A DNA stretch of 64,000 nucleotides from an uncultured Actinomycetota bacterium (GCA_963753435.1 CAVWCF010000001.1:608001-672000), one strand, 5' to 3'. Counted from the first letter of the stretch, positions 20,534 through 32,718 are shown. Numbers and translations: made by a program. Notes: generated from the letters alone by a model not told the origin.

Positions 20534-20848
20534 CTACCCGGAGTCGGCGGGCAGTTCCATGTCGGCCTTGGCCATCTCCTCGACGTTTACGTCGCGGAAG
20601 GTAAGCACCTTGACGTTCTTGACGAACCGAGCGGGTCGATACATGTCCCAAACCCAGGCGTCGGACATGGTCACCTCGAAGTACACCTCGCCGGCGTCGG
20701 TTCGTACCTGCAGATCGACCGAGTTCGTCAGGTAGAAGCGTCGCTCCGTCTCCACGACATAGGTGAATAGACCCACCACATCGCGGTACTCGCGGTACAG
20801 GGTCAGTTCCATCTCGGACTCGTACCGTTCGAGGTCCTCGGTACTCAT
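20534..20848 (-). CDS. DUF2469 family conserved actinobacterial protein
   Basis: MSTEDLERYESEMELTLYREYRDVV..F.YVVETERRFYL, DAWVWDMYRPARFVKNV; ATGA overlap with rnhB. Confidence 0.88.
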   Translation of the reverse strand: MSTEDLERYESEMELTLYREYRDVVGLFTYVVETERRFYLTNSVDLQVRTDAGEVYFEVTMSDAWVWDMYRPARFVKNVKVLTFRDVNVEEMAKADMELPADSG

Positions 20849-21552
20849 CTCGCCTCCGTCACGGCCGCACGGGACGGTTCGATCGGGCCGTCCACCCCTA
20901 GCCGCCAGGACTGCCGATGCTGCGGTGACGGCCCCAGGCGTCGCAGCGCTTCTCGATGAGCTGGGGTGGCATAGCCCATGTTCTCCGTCCAGCCGTACTC
21001 CGGGTGCGTACCGGCCAGTTCGCACATCAACGCGTCCCGCGTGGTCTTGGCCAGAACGCTCGCCGCCGCCACCGTCGCGCAAGTCTGGTCCCCCTTGACC
21101 ACCGTATGCACAGCCGGCGTGGTGCTCAGCCAGTCACTCCCGAAGAGGTCCAGTTCGTCGGGTTGGGTCACGTAGTCATAGTTTCCGTCCAGCACGACGA
21201 TGTCGACCGGAACCGGCAATGCCCGCAGGGCTCGGTGCGCCGCCAGCCGAAGCGCGGCGATGATCCCCATCTGGTCGATCTCCGCCGGGCTGGCGTGGGC
21301 AACCGCTGTGGCCGGGGACCAGTCCCGGATCCGCGGCACCAGCCGGCGGCGCTGCTGGGCCGGTAGCAGTTTGCTGTCGCGCAGCCCGCGCGGCGGTCGC
21401 AGCCCAGGAGGCGGCAGCACCACCGCACCGATCGTGACCGGCCCGCAAAGCGCCCCGCGCCCGACCTCGTCGAGCCCCACGACGAACCGATACCCGGCAT
21501 CGCGAAGGCCGTTCTCAACGCGGAGCCGCGGAACCGGACCGGGTGGGCTCAT
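20845..21552 (-). CDS. rnhB: Ribonuclease HII
   Basis: GLDEVGRGALCGPV, LRDSKLL, VKGD, AAASVLAK..RD, GY.T..H, HRQSW. Confidence 0.93.
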   Translation of the reverse strand: MSPPGPVPRLRVENGLRDAGYRFVVGLDEVGRGALCGPVTIGAVVLPPPGLRPPRGLRDSKLLPAQQRRRLVPRIRDWSPATAVAHASPAEIDQMGIIAALRLAAHRALRALPVPVDIVVLDGNYDYVTQPDELDLFGSDWLSTTPAVHTVVKGDQTCATVAAASVLAKTTRDALMCELAGTHPEYGWTENMGYATPAHREALRRLGPSPQHRQSWRLGVDGPIEPSRAAVTEAR

Positions 21553-22040
21553 TCGCCAATGTCCTCAAGATCGGCCGTCACCGGGACGCGGCCGGCGATC
21601 ACCGCCGCAACCAGCGCAGCCAGCCGCCGCGGGTAGACGGTGTCCTTGGTGGTTGCCAGGTCCGGCAGGTGCCACCATCGATGCCCGATCAGCACTTCGC
21701 GCTCAAGGTCGGTGATCTCTTGGCGGTGAACCGCCGTATCGGCCACGTGCGCCAGGAAATACCGCTCCTCCTGCTGATACCGCTGGCCGGCGAAATCGAA
21801 CTCGACCTTTCGCCACCATGGCAACGGGGTCAGGTCGACGGGGTCCAGCCCCGTCTCCTCGCGCAACTCCCGTCGGGCCGCTTGCTCCGCGGTTTCGCCG
21901 AGGTTCAGACCGCCACCGGGCGTGAACCACCACGGTTGGCTCCCAGGTCGGGCCGGATCGCGGCCGCGCAGCAGCAGGACACGCTCGGCGCCGTCCAGTA
22001 CGACCACCCGCGCACCGGCCCGTTCGGCGACCTTCATCAC
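21549..22040 (-). CDS. NUDIX hydrolase
   Basis: WFTPGGG....ETAEQAARRELREETGL Nudix box. Confidence 0.88.
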   Translation of the reverse strand: MMKVAERAGARVVVLDGAERVLLLRGRDPARPGSQPWWFTPGGGLNLGETAEQAARRELREETGLDPVDLTPLPWWRKVEFDFAGQRYQQEERYFLAHVADTAVHRQEITDLEREVLIGHRWWHLPDLATTKDTVYPRRLAALVAAVIAGRVPVTADLEDIGE

Positions 22041-22073
22041 CTCAGCGTACGCAGCCGCCGGGAGCCACAGCGC

Positions 22074-22799
22074 TTACGGAGCAAGCGCGGCCGGGGCGGG
22101 ATCGGGGACGGATTCGAACGTCGCCGGGATCCCCAGGCTGCTGAAGCGGTCCAAGGGCCAGATCCGCACGAACGCCCGGCCGACCACGGCGTCCAGCGGA
22201 ACCATCCCCCCACCTGCCGCCACCGATTCGTGGAACCGCGAATCCTGGCTGACCGACCGGTGATCGCCCATGACCCACAAGCGGCCCGCTGGCACCGTCA
22301 CGTCGAACGGAGTGTCGCTCGGAACGTCCCCGGGGTACAGATAGTCCTCGGCAAGAGGTTGGCCGTTGACCGTGATACGTCCCGATTCGTCACAGCAGAC
22401 GACCCGGTCGCCCCCGACGCCGATGACTCTCTTCACGAGATCGTCACCGCTGTCCGACGGCAGCAGTCCGACGAAGGTGAGGACATCGCGCAAGGTGGCT
22501 CCGAACCCGGATTCGGAGCTGCTCAAGACGGTCACCCAGTCGGCCGGGTCGCGGAACACCACGACCTCACCGCGCTCGATCTCACCGATGCTGGTGCTGA
22601 GTTTGCTGACCAGCACACGGTCGCCCACCAACAGCGTGTCCTCCATGGACGCCGACGGGATGTAGAAGGCCTGGAAGAAGAAGGTGCGCACGACGATGGC
22701 CACCAACAGGGCGCCGACGACGACCACCAACGTCTCGCGCAAGAGCGAGCCGCGCTTTGGTCGGGCGCCGGACTCCGCGTCGGGACCGGAATCGGTCAC
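22074..22799 (-). CDS. lepB: Signal peptidase I
   Basis: FYIPSASMEDTL, LVKRVIGVGGD, VMGDHRSVSQDSR; N-terminal TM segment. Confidence 0.93.
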   Translation of the reverse strand: MTDSGPDAESGARPKRGSLLRETLVVVVGALLVAIVVRTFFFQAFYIPSASMEDTLLVGDRVLVSKLSTSIGEIERGEVVVFRDPADWVTVLSSSESGFGATLRDVLTFVGLLPSDSGDDLVKRVIGVGGDRVVCCDESGRITVNGQPLAEDYLYPGDVPSDTPFDVTVPAGRLWVMGDHRSVSQDSRFHESVAAGGGMVPLDAVVGRAFVRIWPLDRFSSLGIPATFESVPDPAPAALAP

Positions 22800-23554
22800 G
22801 GCGTGGCCGACTGCAGCGCGGGATTGGCGAATGTGCTCGGAGTGCCCAGTCCGCTCCAGCGCGCGGGTGGCCAGACCACCGAGATCGCGCGGCCAATCAC
22901 CTTGTCGGTGCTGACGAAACCGCCGCCCGGTGAGCCCAGGTAAGCCCGGGAGTCCCGCGAGACGGAGCGGTGATCGCCCATCAGCCAGAGCTTGCCGGCG
23001 GGGACTTCCACATCGAACTCCTGACGGCTCGGGGCATCGCCGGGGAAGAGGTACTCCGCCTCGTCCAGAGCCACCCCGTTGACCGTGATCCGACCAGAAT
23101 CATCGCAGCAGATGACACGATCCCCGCCCACGCCGATCACGCGCTTGACGAAGTCCCGCTCACCCGGAGCCAGTCCCAGCAGCCGGGCGATCCAAAGCCA
23201 GACCGACTCCAGGGCATTGTCGGCAGTCACCGTGGGGGGTTCAGACACGAAAGAGTCAGAACCGTCGAAGACGACCACGTCACCGCGATCGATGTCGCCG
23301 AGCCGGTAGCTCATCTTGCTCACCAGGATCCGGTCTCCGATGAGCAGCGTGTTCTCCATGGACGCCGAAGGGATGGAGAACGCCTGGAACACAAAGGCCC
23401 GGATGAGGACGGCGACGACAAGCGCCCCGCCGATGATGGCCACCACCTCGCGGCGGTTACGTCGTTTGCCCCGAGATTGCTCGGCCTTTTCCAGGCGACG
23501 CCGCTCAACACGGCTCAACGGCTGGTCGCCGTCCGGCGATGCCGCTTCCGTCAT
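22796..23554 (-). CDS. lepB: Signal peptidase I (paralog)
   Basis: FSIPSASMENTL, FVKRVIGVGGD, LMGDHRSVSRDSR. Confidence 0.93.
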   Translation of the reverse strand: MTEAASPDGDQPLSRVERRRLEKAEQSRGKRRNRREVVAIIGGALVVAVLIRAFVFQAFSIPSASMENTLLIGDRILVSKMSYRLGDIDRGDVVVFDGSDSFVSEPPTVTADNALESVWLWIARLLGLAPGERDFVKRVIGVGGDRVICCDDSGRITVNGVALDEAEYLFPGDAPSRQEFDVEVPAGKLWLMGDHRSVSRDSRAYLGSPGGGFVSTDKVIGRAISVVWPPARWSGLGTPSTFANPALQSATP

Positions 23555-23572
23555 GAGGGCCCGACGGCGAGG

Positions 23573-23932
23573 TCAGGCGCTGGGAACGTTGTCGCGGCGC
23601 TCGCGGATCTTCGCGGCCTTGCCCCGCAACTCGCGCAGGTAGTAGAGCTTGGCGCGGCGGACATCGCCTCGAGTGGTGACCTCGATCTTCTCCACCACAG
23701 GCGTGTGCACCGGGAAGGTGCGCTCAACGCCAACCCCGTAGGAGATCTTCCGGACCGTGAAGGTCTCGCGGACTCCCGAACCGGAGCGCGCGATCACGAC
23801 GCCGGCGAACACCTGGATTCGGGACTTGTTGCCCTCAACCACTCGTACGTGGACCTTCAGCGAGTCGCCGGGGCGGAAGTCGGGGATGTCGGTCCGCAAC
23901 GATGCGGCGTCAACGGCGTCGAGCTTGTTCAT
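23573..23932 (-). CDS. rplS: 50S ribosomal protein L19
   Basis: [40 protein letters not shown]; start ATG 23932. Confidence 0.97.
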   Translation of the reverse strand: MNKLDAVDAASLRTDIPDFRPGDSLKVHVRVVEGNKSRIQVFAGVVIARSGSGVRETFTVRKISYGVGVERTFPVHTPVVEKIEVTTRGDVRRAKLYYLRELRGKAAKIRERRDNVPSA

Positions 23933-24100
23933 GGTCTCTCCTCGCGGTGCCATAGGTCACCGGCGTCGATGACTGTGTCGGTGGTCGCCGGAGTCGGCCT
24001 TCCCCCTATGGCAGGAGCAGCACGTAGCCGGCGCAGCGGCAAAGTGTGCCACAGCCGGCCCATGGGCCCGAAATCCACGATCGGACCTGGCCGCCCGAAC

Positions 24101-24802
24101 TCAGTCCCCGTCAAGCAGGTCCGGCCGCATCTGCCGCGTGCGCAGGCGGCTCTGCTCGGTCCGCCAATCGGCGATGGCACCGTGGTGCCCACTCAGCAGC
24201 ACCGGTGGCACGTCCAGGTCACGCCAGCTCGGCGGCTTGGTGTAGACCGGTCCCTCCAAGAGCCCCTGTCGGCCGGCGGCGAAGGAGTCGTCCACGGCGG
24301 ATGCCTCGTTGCCGAGGGTTCCCGGCAGCAGCCGCACAATCGCCTCGATGATCACCAAGGCGGCCGCTTCCCCACCGGCGAGCACGTAGTCACCGATGCT
24401 CACCTCAGCCACCGGCATCCGACGCGCGGCGTCGGCGGCGACGCGTGCATCGATGCCCTCGTAGCGGCCGCAGGCCAACACCAGGTGCGCTACTCCAGCC
24501 CACTCCTCGGCGTCGGCCTGGGTGAACGGGCGCCCCGAAGGCGTCGGGATAACCAGCAGGGGCGGCTGCGGTCCAGCCAGCGAATCGATCGCCTCACCCC
24601 AGGGCTCCGGTCGCATGACCATGCCGGGCCCGCCCCCGTACGGGGTGTCGTCGACCGTCCGGTGCCGATCGTGGGTGAAGTCCCGCAGGTCGTGGACACC
24701 TAGTTGGACCCGGCCGGACTCGATCGCCTTGCCGACAAGCGAAAGCCGCAGCGGCTGCAGGTAGTCGGGGAACACGCTGACAACGTCGATGCGCAAGGTC
24801 AC
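24101..24802 (-). CDS. trmD: tRNA (guanine-N1)-methyltransferase
   Basis: [45 protein letters not shown]. Confidence 0.96.
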   Translation of the reverse strand: MTLRIDVVSVFPDYLQPLRLSLVGKAIESGRVQLGVHDLRDFTHDRHRTVDDTPYGGGPGMVMRPEPWGEAIDSLAGPQPPLLVIPTPSGRPFTQADAEEWAGVAHLVLACGRYEGIDARVAADAARRMPVAEVSIGDYVLAGGEAAALVIIEAIVRLLPGTLGNEASAVDDSFAAGRQGLLEGPVYTKPPSWRDLDVPPVLLSGHHGAIADWRTEQSRLRTRQMRPDLLDGD

Positions 24803-25308
24803 GCACCCGCCTCGAGCAGTCCCGGCGGCGGATCCACCAGTACCCGGCCGCCGACGACGTCCACCTCGGTCACGATCGCGGATACGAGCGGCACCAATGC
24901 CTCGGAACCACCGTCGAGTTCAACTTCGAGCAGGTCTTGAGCGGGCAGGTGCACAACCGACTTCACGTGCCCGATCGCACGCCCGTCCACCTCAACGCGC
25001 AATCCGACCAACTGCCGGTCGTACCAGGTGTCCGGCTCGTCCGGCACGGCGTCGTCGTCGACCTCTGCCCGCAGCAGCAGACCGCGCACCGCCTCGACGG
25101 ATTGCCGGTCGGCCAACTCCGCGAACCGCACCAGCAGCCGCCCGTGATGATGGCGCACCGAGTCGATGGTGAGTGAGCGATCACCCGGCTCCGTGAGCAG
25201 CGACCCGCCAACGGCGAAACGCTGATCCACATCGTCGGTCCGTGGCTCGACCGCCACCTCGCCTCGCACTCCGTGGGCGCGGCCGACTCGGCCGACGACC
25301 ACGAGCAT
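24799..25308 (-). CDS. rimM: Ribosome maturation factor RimM
   Basis: [35 protein letters not shown]. Confidence 0.94.
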   Translation of the reverse strand: MLVVVGRVGRAHGVRGEVAVEPRTDDVDQRFAVGGSLLTEPGDRSLTIDSVRHHHGRLLVRFAELADRQSVEAVRGLLLRAEVDDDAVPDEPDTWYDRQLVGLRVEVDGRAIGHVKSVVHLPAQDLLEVELDGGSEALVPLVSAIVTEVDVVGGRVLVDPPPGLLEAGA

Positions 25309-25310
25309 GC

Positions 25311-25547
25311 TCAGCGCTCGTCGACGTCGAGGATGTCGATCCGAACGCTGGACTCAGCCAGCGCACCCATCACGGTACGAAGCGCCTGCGCCGTTCGACC
25401 CGAGCGGCCGATTACGCGACCCAGGTCGTCGGGGTGCACCCGCACCGTCAACGACGGGCCGCGGCGGCCACTGCGCTCGGACACCCGGACCTCGTCCGGG
25501 TTGTCGACGATGCCGCGAACGAGATGGTCGAGGGCCTCGGTCAGCAA
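25311..25547 (-). CDS. khpA: KH-domain RNA-binding protein (KhpA)
   Basis: TTG 25547: MLTEALDHLVRGIVDNPDEV...VHPDDLGRVIGRSGRTAQALR; the ORF-track extension is spurious. Confidence 0.9.
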   Translation of the reverse strand: MLTEALDHLVRGIVDNPDEVRVSERSGRRGPSLTVRVHPDDLGRVIGRSGRTAQALRTVMGALAESSVRIDILDVDER

Positions 25548-25548
25548 C

Positions 25549-26097
25549 TCAGGCCTCGGCCTTGTCGCCGTCGACTGCCTCGGCGGCCGCCTCAGCCTCG
25601 GGAGCCGGTGCCGCCTCAGCCTCAGCCTCGGGAGCCGGTGCCGCCTCAGCCTCGGGGGCCGGTGCCGCCTCAGTCTCAGCCTCGGGAGCCGGTGCCGCCT
25701 CAGCCTCGGGGGCCTTCTTCGCCTTCGGCGTGGTGGCCGCAGCCACCGGCTCGTCGCCGGACTCCTTGGCCGCAGCCTCGAAGGCAGCGGTCCGGTCGGC
25801 CTTGACCTCAGCGACCCGCAGCGTGCCCTCGGCACCGGGAAGGCCCTTGAACTTCTGCCAGTCCCCGGTCACCTTCAGAATCGCCGCGACCGGCTCGGTC
25901 GGCTGAGCGCCTACGCCAAGCCAGTACTGGACGCGCTCGGAGTCGACCTCGATCAGGCTCGGCTCCTCCTTTGGGTGGTACCGGCCAATCTCCTCGATCG
26001 CCCGGCCGTCGCGCTTGGTGCGGGAGTCGGCCACGACGATTCGGTACTGCGGGTTGCGGATCTTGCCGAGCCGCTTCAACTTGATCTTGACAGCCAC
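25549..26097 (-). CDS. rpsP: 30S ribosomal protein S16 with repetitive C-terminal tail
   Basis: [38 protein letters not shown]; GTG 26097. Confidence 0.96.
   Translation of the reverse strand: MAVKIKLKRLGKIRNPQYRIVVADSRTKRDGRAIEEIGRYHPKEEPSLIEVDSERVQYWLGVGAQPTEPVAAILKVTGDWQKFKGLPGAEGTLRVAEVKADRTAAFEAAAKESGDEPVAAATTPKAKKAPEAEAAPAPEAETEAAPAPEAEAAPAPEAEAEAAPAPEAEAAAEAVDGDKAEA
25589..25712 (-). repeat. Coding tandem repeat (APEAEAAP-like, 24-30 nt units) in the S16 tail
   Basis: gcctcagcctcggg(a/g)gccggtgcc repeated about 4-5 times. Confidence 0.85.
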
Positions 26098-26256
26098 TGG
26101 TTGGGAGTCCTCATGTTCGATTCGGGGGAGCCACGGCGCACGCGTGGGGAGCGGGCTATGACTCCGGGGACGGAACTCAGCCGGTGAGAGGGCCGGCAGC
26201 GCTCCGATCAGGGGGGATTGTGCCACGCGGGCCGGGCCAGGGCGAAATGCCCGGTC

Positions 26257-27774
26257 TCAGCCCTTGCCGAGGAGGTCCCGGAAGTCCGCCGGGAGTTCGA
26301 AATCCGCCACCGCGTCCGGGGCCGTCGTCGGACCTGTATCCGTGTCCTGAGCGGCCCGCTTGGCCGGGTTGCCCGATCGGCCGGACTTGCCGCGCTTTGC
26401 CGCCTTCGGTGGCTTGCGGCGACCCCGACCCATGCCGGGCACCCCGCCCAGTCCCGGAATAGCGGGCACCCCGCCGCGGGCCATCTGTTTCATCGCCTTG
26501 CGGGCCCGGTCGAATCGCTCAACGAGCGTGTTGACATCAGATACCGCGGTCCCCGAACCCACGGCTATCCGGCTGCGCCGGGATCCGTTCAACAGCTTCG
26601 GGTCCTGCCGTTCGGCCGGCGTCATCGACTGGATGATCGCTTTGGCCCGGATCAGTTCCCGCTCGTCGAGGTTGTCCAACTGCGCCTTCATCTGCCCGGC
26701 CCCGGGCAGCATCCCGACCAACTTCGACAGGGAGCCCATCTGCTGCACGGCCTGCATCTGCTGCAGGAAGTCCTCAAGCGTGAAGTCCGCCCCCGAGGCG
26801 AACTTGTCCGCCATGGCCTGCGCCTGGTCCGCCTCGAACGCCCGCTCGGCCTGTTCGATCAGGGTGAGCAGGTCCCCCATGTCCAGGATGCGGTTGGCCA
26901 TGCGATCGGGGTGGAACACGTCGAAATCGGTCAACTGCTCGCCGGTGCCGGCGAACATGACCGGACGACCGGTGACCGAGGCGACCGACAGGGCCGCGCC
27001 ACCGCGGGCATCGCCGTCCAACTTGGTCAGCACCACGCCGTCGAAGCCGACTCCCTCGGCGAACGCCTCAGCAGTGCGGACGGCATCTTGACCCACCATC
27101 GCGTCGACAACGAGCAGGACCTCGTCGGGCGTGACAGCAGCCTTGATGTCGGCCGCTTGTTGGATCAGTTCGTCGTCGATGGCCAGTCGGCCGGCGGTGT
27201 CGATGATGACCACGTCGTGCTGCGCTTCAACGGCCAGCCGACGGCCCGCATCGGCCACGGCTACCGCATCACCCACCCCGTTGCCCGGCTCGGGAGCGAA
27301 GACCGGAACACCGGCCCGCTCTCCCACCACCTGCAACTGGGTGACGGCATTCGGCCGCTGCAGGTCCGCGGCGACCAAGAGCGGGGTGTGTCCGTCCGCG
27401 GCGAACCAATGCGCCAATTTCCCGGCAAGAGTGGTCTTACCCACGCCCTGCAGGCCGAGCAGCATGACCACGGTCGGCGGCGTCTTGGCGAGCCGGACGC
27501 GGCGTGTTTGCCCGCCCAGGATCTCCACGAGTTCCGCGTGGACGATCTTGACGACCTGCTGCGCGGGGTTCAGCGCTTGCGAGACTTCTTCACTCAGCGC
27601 ACGTTCCTTGACGCGCGCCACGAACTGGCGCACCACCGGCAGCGCGACGTCGGCTTCGAGCAGCGCGACGCGGATCTCTCGGGTGGTCTCCTCGATGTCG
27701 GCTTCGGTGAGCCGACCCTTGCCCCGAAGGTTCTTGATCGTCGCCGCGAGCCGGTCTGACAGTGTGGCGAACAC
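26257..27774 (-). CDS. ffh: Signal recognition particle protein Ffh
   Basis: ALLEADV, GLQGVGKTT, DTAGR, TKLDGDARGGAALS, RILDMGD, SMTPAER, SRRSRIA. Confidence 0.97.
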   Translation of the reverse strand: MFATLSDRLAATIKNLRGKGRLTEADIEETTREIRVALLEADVALPVVRQFVARVKERALSEEVSQALNPAQQVVKIVHAELVEILGGQTRRVRLAKTPPTVVMLLGLQGVGKTTLAGKLAHWFAADGHTPLLVAADLQRPNAVTQLQVVGERAGVPVFAPEPGNGVGDAVAVADAGRRLAVEAQHDVVIIDTAGRLAIDDELIQQAADIKAAVTPDEVLLVVDAMVGQDAVRTAEAFAEGVGFDGVVLTKLDGDARGGAALSVASVTGRPVMFAGTGEQLTDFDVFHPDRMANRILDMGDLLTLIEQAERAFEADQAQAMADKFASGADFTLEDFLQQMQAVQQMGSLSKLVGMLPGAGQMKAQLDNLDERELIRAKAIIQSMTPAERQDPKLLNGSRRSRIAVGSGTAVSDVNTLVERFDRARKAMKQMARGGVPAIPGLGGVPGMGRGRRKPPKAAKRGKSGRSGNPAKRAAQDTDTGPTTAPDAVADFELPADFRDLLGKG

Positions 27775-27902
27775 GGATTCCCTTCCTGGCGTTACGGACT
27801 GGCGTTCCCGACGGTGGTCGCAACGGCGCGCATCAGGCAGCGATGGGCCGATGATCGGCAGGGTAGCCGGGGCGGGGAGGCACTACCCCCGTGCCGGTGT
27901 CC

Positions 27903-28673
27903 CTAGAAGTCCACCGACTTCGTCGTACCGCCGTCGACCCGAAGACTCGCACCGGAGATGTAGCCGGCCGCCGGGCTGGCGAGAAACAGCACCGCAGCGG
28001 CCACCTCCTCTGGCCGACCGAGCCGGCCCAGCACGCTCAGACGCTCGACGCCCTCGACGACCTGTGGCATCGCCTGGCGCATCCCGGCCCAGGTGCCGCC
28101 CGGGAACTCGATGGGCCCGGGGATGACCGTGTTCACCCGAACACCGTCAGGACCCAGCAAGGCCGACAACTTCGATCCGTAGCTCAAGACGGCCGCCTTC
28201 ACGCTGCCGTAGGCATGCTGCATTGCCGGGGTCGCCTGGCTCAACGCCGTTGTGCTGCTGATCAGGACCACGGAGCCGCCCGATTCAGCCAGGGCCGGTC
28301 GCGCCACCCGCACCGCACGGGCAACCTGGAGCAGGTCGGCGGCCATCGTGAGCTGCCAGGTTTCGTCGTCCTCACCAGAAGGCTGGATTGAGGCGTTCAG
28401 GACCATGACATCTAGGCCACCCAGCCGCTCGACGGCCGAACCCACCCAGGCCTCGAATGCGGGCCCGTCAGTCACGTCAACCGGGTCGCCGAACGCCGCC
28501 GCGGACCCATGAGCGTCCTGCCAACCGCTGACCGCCTCGGCCAGCGGCTCGGGGGTACGAGCACACGTGGCAACCCGCGCACCTTCACCCAGGAGACCGG
28601 ACACGATGGCATGACCGATCCCCCGGCTGCCGCCGGTGACCAGCGCTCGTTTTCCCTGTAGTTGCAGATCCAC
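27903..28673 (-). CDS. Short-chain dehydrogenase/reductase
   Basis: GKRALVTGGSRGIG, YGSVK (YxxxK), VRVNTVIPG, LGRLGRPEEVA, VDGG. Start GTG 28673 or 28679. Confidence 0.9.
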   Translation of the reverse strand: MDLQLQGKRALVTGGSRGIGHAIVSGLLGEGARVATCARTPEPLAEAVSGWQDAHGSAAAFGDPVDVTDGPAFEAWVGSAVERLGGLDVMVLNASIQPSGEDDETWQLTMAADLLQVARAVRVARPALAESGGSVVLISSTTALSQATPAMQHAYGSVKAAVLSYGSKLSALLGPDGVRVNTVIPGPIEFPGGTWAGMRQAMPQVVEGVERLSVLGRLGRPEEVAAAVLFLASPAAGYISGASLRVDGGTTKSVDF

Positions 28674-28753
28674 TTCCACTCCCCTGGGTCCGGAACAGCC
28701 GAGTCGGGCAAGCGTAGGCCGCGGCATCGCGCACCTCGGAGTCGGCGACCGAC

Positions 28754-31021
28754 TCAAGCAAGCGCTTCGATCAGCCTGTCGACAACGCTGGCGGTCAGGG
28801 CGGCGTCCAACGGTCGGCCAGCACGGGTCAGGTATAGGACATCGACGGCGTCCGCCCCATGGGTGCTGACCAAGGCGCTCATGACATCGACCTTCGCCGC
28901 GGTGATCACCATCGCGACGTCGTGCAGCAGGCCAGAGCGATCCGCGGCCCGCACTTCGACGACGGTCGCGTCTTGGGACACGTCCGGGATCACGCAGACA
29001 GTTGCCGGTGCCGCTGTCGCAGCCGGATACGCCGCTTCCCGGGCAGCGAGGCGGGCGCCCAGGTCCAGCGAACCATCAAGGATGCGGCGCAGGTCGGCGC
29101 GCAGTCGGTCCGGTGGTGGCGGATCGCCGAACTCCGGCCGCACCTGCCAGACCTGGGCGGCCAGCCCATCGACCGAACGCAGGCGCGCGGACCGAACCGA
29201 CAGCCGATGAATGGCCATGAGTCCGGCGGCCGCGGCCAGCAGCCCGGGACGGTCCAGGGCGGATACCCGCACTTCCAGACCATCGACGGACGCCGCCGTA
29301 GCCACCTGAACACCGCTGACGGCGGCTGGATCCGGCGCTACCTCCGCTGGCTCGGCCGGTGGCTTACCTACCAACTGGGCGCTCGTGCGGCTCACCAGGT
29401 CGCGAATCAGCCCGGCCCGCCATGACGACCACGCCGCCGGGCCGGCCGCTTGGGCATCAGCCTGGACCAATGCGGCCAGCAGGTTCAGGGTGTCCACATC
29501 TGCGATCGCCGCCGCGGCGCTCTGCGCCGTCGCCGGGTCGTCGAGATCGCGACGCGTGGCGAAATCCGGAAGCAGCAGATGCAGTTCGGTCAGGCGGGCG
29601 AGAGTCTTCGCATCGTCGGCGCTCAGCCCCATGCGCTCGGCGATACCGGGCACCAGCGCGGCTCCGGTCTGGCAATGCTCCCCCGCTGACCCCTTGCCGA
29701 TGTCATGGAGGAGTGCCGCCAGCAGCAACAGGTCCGGACGCGACACCTGCCGAGTGAGCCCGGCGGCTCGAACAACTGCTTCAACGCTGTGCCGATCGAC
29801 GCTGTAGACATGCACGGGGCTGCGCTGCGGCAAGTGCGCAATCCGGCTCCACTCCGGGATCCACTGCTGCACGAACCCGGCTTGGTCCAGCGTCTCCCAG
29901 ACGTCCACGAGCCCGGCCCCGGCGCCGAGCAACTGGATGAACTCATCGCGGGCAGCCGCCGACCACGGCACCGGCAACGGCGGACAGGCACTCAACGCAG
30001 TGACGGTTCCCTGCGCCAGTGGCAGCCCTGCGCGCGCCGCCGCCGCGGCCACCCGCAGCGGCAGGACCGCGTCGGCCTCGGGCCGGACATCACGGGCGAG
30101 CAATACGTCATCCCCGTCGCGAACAACGCCTTGCGCCAGCCCGATCCGCCGCCGACTGCGCAGACCCCGCGATGCATCGAGCGCACGCACTGCGCGATCG
30201 GTTGCCGCGAACGCCTGCGAGATGGTCCGACCGGCGCGATAGACCAAGCCAAGCAACTCGTCTCGATCTCTGAGGCCCATGGCAGTCGCAACGTCGTGCT
30301 GCAGATCCGGGACGAGACGATCGCCGCGACCGCCGACCTGGTGCAGCACGTACCGGACGTCGCGGAGCGTGCTCTCGGCCGCACCAACTCCCAGATGTGG
30401 CGCATCCACCAACCACGAAGCCCGCACGGCCCGAAGCAGATCCGCATCGCGCAGTCCACCGCGGCCGTATTTCAGATCCGGGCTCAGGGTGTGGCGTACG
30501 TCCCCGCTCTCGACGTGCCGCTGTTCGGCCGCCGCCAGCAGTAGCGGCAGCCGCTTGCGGGCCGCCGCACGCCAGGCAGCCAGAACCTCGCTGCGGACCC
30601 CGACGCTCAGCGCCTCAACGCCGGCTACGTGCCGCAGGTCGAGCATCCCGACAGCCGCCGGCAGGTCATCGGCGGCCACCCGGCGGCATTCCGCGGGTGT
30701 GCGGATGCTGTGATCCAGCCGGAGTCCGGCGTCCCAGATCGGATACCACAGCGACTCGGCTGCAGCCTCGGTTGCGCCATCGTGGGATGGGACCAGCAGC
30801 ACTAGGTCTATGTCGCTGCCACCGGACAATTCCTGGCGACCGAAACCGCCCACAGCCGCCAGCCCGGCACCGGCGACCGGCGCACCGGAGGATGCGAACA
30901 AGTCCCGCAGCCACTCGTCGGTCAAATCCGCCAGGAGACGCCGCTCGCCCGGCCCGTGACCGGGCCGGGCGAGCAACTCCTCGCGTTCGGCGCTGAACCG
31001 CGCCGTGCGCTCAGCGATCAT
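28754..31021 (-). CDS. glnD: PII nucleotidylyltransferase GlnD
   Basis: AVGGFGRQEL..GSDIDL, DLKYGRGGLRD, H.YSVDRHS, LLHDIGKG, two C-terminal ACT domains; follows amtB-glnK. Confidence 0.93.
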   Translation of the reverse strand: MIAERTARFSAEREELLARPGHGPGERRLLADLTDEWLRDLFASSGAPVAGAGLAAVGGFGRQELSGGSDIDLVLLVPSHDGATEAAAESLWYPIWDAGLRLDHSIRTPAECRRVAADDLPAAVGMLDLRHVAGVEALSVGVRSEVLAAWRAAARKRLPLLLAAAEQRHVESGDVRHTLSPDLKYGRGGLRDADLLRAVRASWLVDAPHLGVGAAESTLRDVRYVLHQVGGRGDRLVPDLQHDVATAMGLRDRDELLGLVYRAGRTISQAFAATDRAVRALDASRGLRSRRRIGLAQGVVRDGDDVLLARDVRPEADAVLPLRVAAAAARAGLPLAQGTVTALSACPPLPVPWSAAARDEFIQLLGAGAGLVDVWETLDQAGFVQQWIPEWSRIAHLPQRSPVHVYSVDRHSVEAVVRAAGLTRQVSRPDLLLLAALLHDIGKGSAGEHCQTGAALVPGIAERMGLSADDAKTLARLTELHLLLPDFATRRDLDDPATAQSAAAAIADVDTLNLLAALVQADAQAAGPAAWSSWRAGLIRDLVSRTSAQLVGKPPAEPAEVAPDPAAVSGVQVATAASVDGLEVRVSALDRPGLLAAAAGLMAIHRLSVRSARLRSVDGLAAQVWQVRPEFGDPPPPDRLRADLRRILDGSLDLGARLAAREAAYPAATAAPATVCVIPDVSQDATVVEVRAADRSGLLHDVAMVITAAKVDVMSALVSTHGADAVDVLYLTRAGRPLDAALTASVVDRLIEALA

Positions 31022-32646
<1,625 letters not shown>

Positions 32647-32718
32647 TCCCCTGTCGATGGTCTATGGACCGGGTCGGCGGCGTCGGCGGCCCGGCGTCGC
32701 ACAATCTGCTGAACGCCG

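Noticed and set aside
25585-25712. Possible CRISPR-like repeats (also 51650-51800 and 16310-16414)
   Set aside because: Tandem in-frame coding repeats with no unique spacers and no cas genes.
25311-25835. 174-aa Arg/Pro/Leu repeat fusion to the KH protein
   Set aside because: The extension is an alternate-frame reading of the S16 repeat; TTG 25547 gives a normal-sized KhpA.
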